From Vulcanimicrobiota bacterium (lineage in GTDB: Bacteria > Vulcanimicrobiota > Vulcanimicrobiia > Vulcanimicrobiales > Vulcanimicrobiaceae): a DNA stretch of 64,000 nt. The notes beneath the pieces were generated by a model. It did not search any database. It had not been told where the DNA came from and saw only the letters and a program-made list of their open reading frames with translations. Below, piece by piece: positions 59,671-64,000 of the stretch. The position numbers and the translations under genes were made by a program. Where the stretch lies: the NCBI GenBank assembly GCA_963833095.1, contig CAWHWQ010000008.1:32001-96000 (forward strand). Reading direction: 5' to 3'. Position 1 is the stretch's first letter; every line of letters starts with the position of its first letter.

Positions 59671-60940
59671 TCACGCGGCATCGTTCTCGCCCGGCTCGTA
59701 GTAACGCCGCCCGCGCACGTTCTCGGGCAAGTTGTCCTGATCGCGTCGTAGTCGTCGTGCGCGTAGTGATAGTCGCGTCCGTACCCGAGCCGCTTCATCA
59801 AGCCGCGTCGGCGCGTTGCGAAGGTGCAGCGGCACCGGATCGTTGCGCGTTTCGCTGCACGTCGCGCATCGCGCGCCGAATAGGCGCGCCCGACGCTGTT
59901 GCTCTTCGGCGCGCGTCGCGAGATAGAGCGTCGCGTGCGCGAGCGGATAGAAGCCTTCGGGCATGCCGATGAAGTGCACCGCTTGCTGCGCGGCGACCGC
60001 GACCTGCAGCCCGCTGCGAATCGGCAAGGCCGACGTCTTCCGACGCAAGAATCACAGCCGGCGCGCGATAAAGAGCGGATCTTCGCCGCCGTCGATCATG
60101 CGCGCGAGCCAATAGATCGCGGCGTCCGGATCGCTCGCCGCGAATCGACTTGATGAACGCGCTGATGATGTCGTAGTGCGCTTCGCCGCCTTTGTCGTAC
60201 GTCGAGCCGCGCTTCTGCATCGCCTCGAGGCGAGCGCGCGGTCGATCGACGCGTTTACGCCGTCGCGCTGCGGCGCGCTGGATGCGGCGAACTCGAGCGC
60301 GTTGAGCGCGGTGCGCGCGTCGCCGTTGGCGCAGGTCCGATCGAGCGTCGCTCGCGCGTCGTCGTCGAGCTCGATCGTCGCGTTGCGCCGAGGCCGCGCT
60401 GCGCGTCGGTGAGCGCGCGATCGACGATCGTTGCGACCTCGTCGTCGGAAATGGCGTGCAGCACGAAGACGCGCGAGCGCGAGAGCAGCGCGGAGTTCAC
60501 TTCGAACGACGGGTTCTCGGTCGTCGCGCCGATCAGCGTGACCGTGCCGTCCTCGACGTACGGCAGAATCGCGTCTTGCTGCGCTTTGTTGAAGCGATGG
60601 ATCTCGTCGATGAAGAGCACGGTGCGTTTGCCGACGCGCGCGGCGCGCTTGCGCTTCGGCGACGACGCGCCGCAGATCCGCGACGCCGGCGCTCACCGCC
60701 GAAAGTCGCTCGAAATGCGCGCCGGTCGAACGGGCGACGACTTCGGCCAGCGTCGTTTTTCCGGTGCCCGGCGGACCCCAGAGAATCATCGACGGGACGC
60801 GATCGCTCTCGATCGCGCGGCGCAGCGCGCGGCCTTGACCGAGCGATCTCGCTCTTGACCGACGAACTCTTCAAGCGTGCGCGGCCGCATGCGCGCTGCG
60901 AGCGGCGCCATCCGGCGACGTCGAAGAGCGACCGTATCGA
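59671..60940 (-). CDS. rarA: Replication-associated recombination protein A (RarA/MgsA); many frameshifts
   Basis: [73 protein letters not shown]. Confidence 0.93.
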
Positions 60941-60946
60941 CGCGCC

Positions 60947-61661
60947 TTACGCGGGGCGCTCGGCGACGTCTGCGGTGCCGCCCGTCTTGTGCGTGCAGCG
61001 GATTTGGGAATATGGATCGGGCGCGGTGTCGCGACGTGCTGATTGACTGCGCTTGGGAATTGCATAACGACGTCGCCCTCGGCGTGCGCTTGACCCGATA
61101 ATCGTGTTGTACAACACGTGGTTGGCGACCATGTTGCGCTCGCCTTGAACGATCTTCACGTTGCCGGTTAAATCCAAATCGTGCGTGGTGTCGTTGAGCA
61201 TGCCGTTGTCCGCATCCACCGTGGTATCGGCTTGGACGTAATGGACGTTGCCGGTGGCGGTGTAGATTTTGCCCATGCCGTCGATGTGCACCTGATCGGC
61301 CGTAAGCGTTGAAGGTCCGCGCGACTTTGCGGGCTTTGTGCTCGAAAGGCCGGCAAAGTTGCCTTCGGTATCGTGCATCACGACGTGGCCGTAAAGCGTT
61401 GCAGCTTTTGATTTATAGTTGCCGCTCGCGCGATCGGCAGTGATATCGCCGCCGCCGCGCGTCATCGTCAGCTGTTGCGGTGTGCTAAAGTCTCCCGACT
61501 TGAAGTTCACGTCGAGCAACGCTGCATGCACGGTCCACACGCCCACTTGGAAGGTGTCCGGGCCGGAGGGGCTTGGGTGCGCGGCTAGGACTTAGGGTCG
61601 GACTGGGCGTCGCCGCAATCAAGGCGGCCGCAACGATGAGCGCAATCGCAAAACGGCTCAT
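60947..61661 (-). CDS. LptA/OstA beta-jellyroll protein; frameshifted
   Basis: Signal peptide; repeats ITADRA, LTADQV, ATGNVHYVQ, LTGNVKIVQG. Confidence 0.78.
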
Positions 61662-62277
61662 GATTGCAAGCGCACCTTCACACTGGGGCGCTCGATCGGC
61701 CCGAGGAGTTCGGCGAGACGTTCATAGCTCACCGCGCCTTCGCGTACGAGTCGGGCATGTCGGCTAGTTAGATCCACGATGGTTGATTCGCGGTCGTAGC
61801 GCGCCGGTCCATTCTCGATCGTGAGATCTGCCGGCGCTATCGTCGTCGCATCCGGAACGGTCGCAGCGGCAAGGGGCCCAGAGCGCTCCAAGATTGCGCG
61901 CGCGAGCGGCTCGTCGGGAACGCGTAGCGCGAGCGTCATAGTCCTGCGGTCACCTCGTCGCTCACGAACGCCGGCCGGCGAACGATCAGCGTAACCGGCC
62001 CCGGCAGCAGCCGTTTCGAGGAGAGGATCGCAAGGGGGTTCTGCGGTGCGTATTCCAGGAATTCAGCGGGTGACGCGACCAGCAACGTCAGCGGCTTGTG
62101 ATCCGGACGGGTTTTGAGCCCATATACGCGATCCACGGCCTGGCTGCGATAGGGGTCGCACGCTAGGCAGTAGCCCGTATCGCTTGGAAAGAGAATCGTG
62201 CCGCCTGCAAAAATTGCACGCGTGCACGCTTCGACGATACGCTCGAGCGGCTCGACGCGAGCGTCGAGGGTAGACAT
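61658..62277 (-). CDS. tsaC: L-threonylcarbamoyladenylate synthase (TsaC/YrdC); frameshift at about 61938
   Basis: FPSDTGY.L.C, K.RP..KPL, PGPVTL, LRVP, STIVD, REGAV. Confidence 0.88.
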
Positions 62278-63300
<1,023 letters not shown>

Positions 63301-64000
63301 TTATCCGGCTGCGGAACTCACGCGCGGATATTCGCGCGTCTCGAAAATACCGGCCGGTTCGACCAGCGGCGTGATGCCGCTGCTGCGCTGCACTTGACCG
63401 CCGAGCGCGGAGAGCAGCTCTTCCAGCCGCTCGTAACCGCGATCGATATATTCCAGGCCGATGATCTCGGTTTCGCCGGCTGCGGCGAGACCCGCGATCA
63501 CGAGGGCCGCGCCGGCGCGAATGTCCGGCGCTTCGACCGGCGCGCCCGAAAGCTGCGCTGCGCCTTTAACGACCGCGGTGTTGCTCTCCATCGAAACTCT
63601 GCACGTCGGCGCCCATGCGCGCGAGTTCGTTGACGTACGAGAAGCGCGCGTTGAAGATCGACTCTTCGACGACGCTCGTTCCCGGCGCGGTCGCAAGAAA
63701 CGCGACCATCTGCGGCTGCAGATCGGTCGGGAAGCCCGGATACGGCGCGGTGAGAATGTCGGTGCCGCCGGTGATCGCCGTCTGCCTTCACGCGAATCCA
63801 ATCGTCGCCGGTACGTGAGATCGACGCCGCACTCTTGCGAGTTTAGCGAGCACGCGCGAGATGCTCGGGATTGCAGCCGGTAACCGTGACGTCGCCGCGC
63901 GTGACGGCGCCGGCGAGCAGCAGCGTTCCGGTGACGATGCGATCGGGAATGATCTCGTATTCGACGCCGTGCAGTTCTTTGACGCCGTCGATCGACGATG
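63301..64000 (-). CDS. murA: UDP-N-acetylglucosamine 1-carboxyvinyltransferase; 5' part outside the window, frameshifted
   Basis: [45 protein letters not shown]. Confidence 0.95.
   Translation of the reverse strand, partial: IVDRRRQRTARRRIRDHSRSHRHRNAAARRRRHARRRHGYRLQSRASRACSLNSQECGVDLTYRRRLDSREGRRRSPAAPTFSPRRIRASRPICSRRWSRFLRPRRERASSKSRSSTRASRTSTNSRAWAPTCRVSMESNTAVVKGAAQLSGAPVEAPDIRAGAALVIAGLAAAGETEIIGLEYIDRGYERLEELLSALGGQVQRSSGITPLVEPAGIFETREYPRVSSAAG

Noticed and set aside
53297..60940. Programmed frameshifting or mass pseudogenisation
   Set aside because: Breaks are numerous, show no shared slippery motif that I could see, and hit essential genes; sequencing error is the simpler explanation.

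Overview
A GC-rich, gene-dense bacterial chromosome segment with about 60 genes, one tRNA-Leu(CAG), and no rRNA, CRISPR array, integrase or transposase. The lineage is most likely Candidatus Eremiobacterota/Vulcanimicrobiota (WPS-2). This is an inference from gene content: a DUF5069 protein, S/T/G-rich beta-propeller lipoproteins, Firmicutes-like ytxG-ytxH-rsbV-rsbW-sigB and murA-mreB/mbl, plus an LptA-like gene implying an outer membrane. Many genes, including essential ones (alaS, murA, tsaC, iscS), are broken by single-base indels that become denser at about 43-46 kb and 54.7-61.6 kb. I read these as long-read consensus errors, so gene boundaries there are approximate. Housekeeping content: split transketolase, ggt, pnp, UbiD/UbiA (futalosine-type menaquinone genes), Ku/LigD, alaS, a SigB-type partner-switch module, iscS, rarA, lptA, tsaC, mreB and murA. 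The standout is 37912..38550(-), a 212-aa single-chain fusion of a CFP-10(EsxB)-like half and an ESAT-6(EsxA)-like half. It carries a Sec-type signal peptide, has lost both WXG motifs, and has no type VII secretion genes in the window. Other notable items: an unannotated 34-aa peptide heading a YtrA/GntR-ABC operon with a clear sigma70 promoter and operator; a palindrome with PafBC/WYL-type geometry before a VOC gene; an M48 pseudo-protease fused to RDD; a complementary-degenerate GGDEF-EAL pair followed by an HNH nuclease; a REP-like structured intergenic element; a PAS-GGDEF gene with one in-frame TAA; and recurring leaderless promoters.
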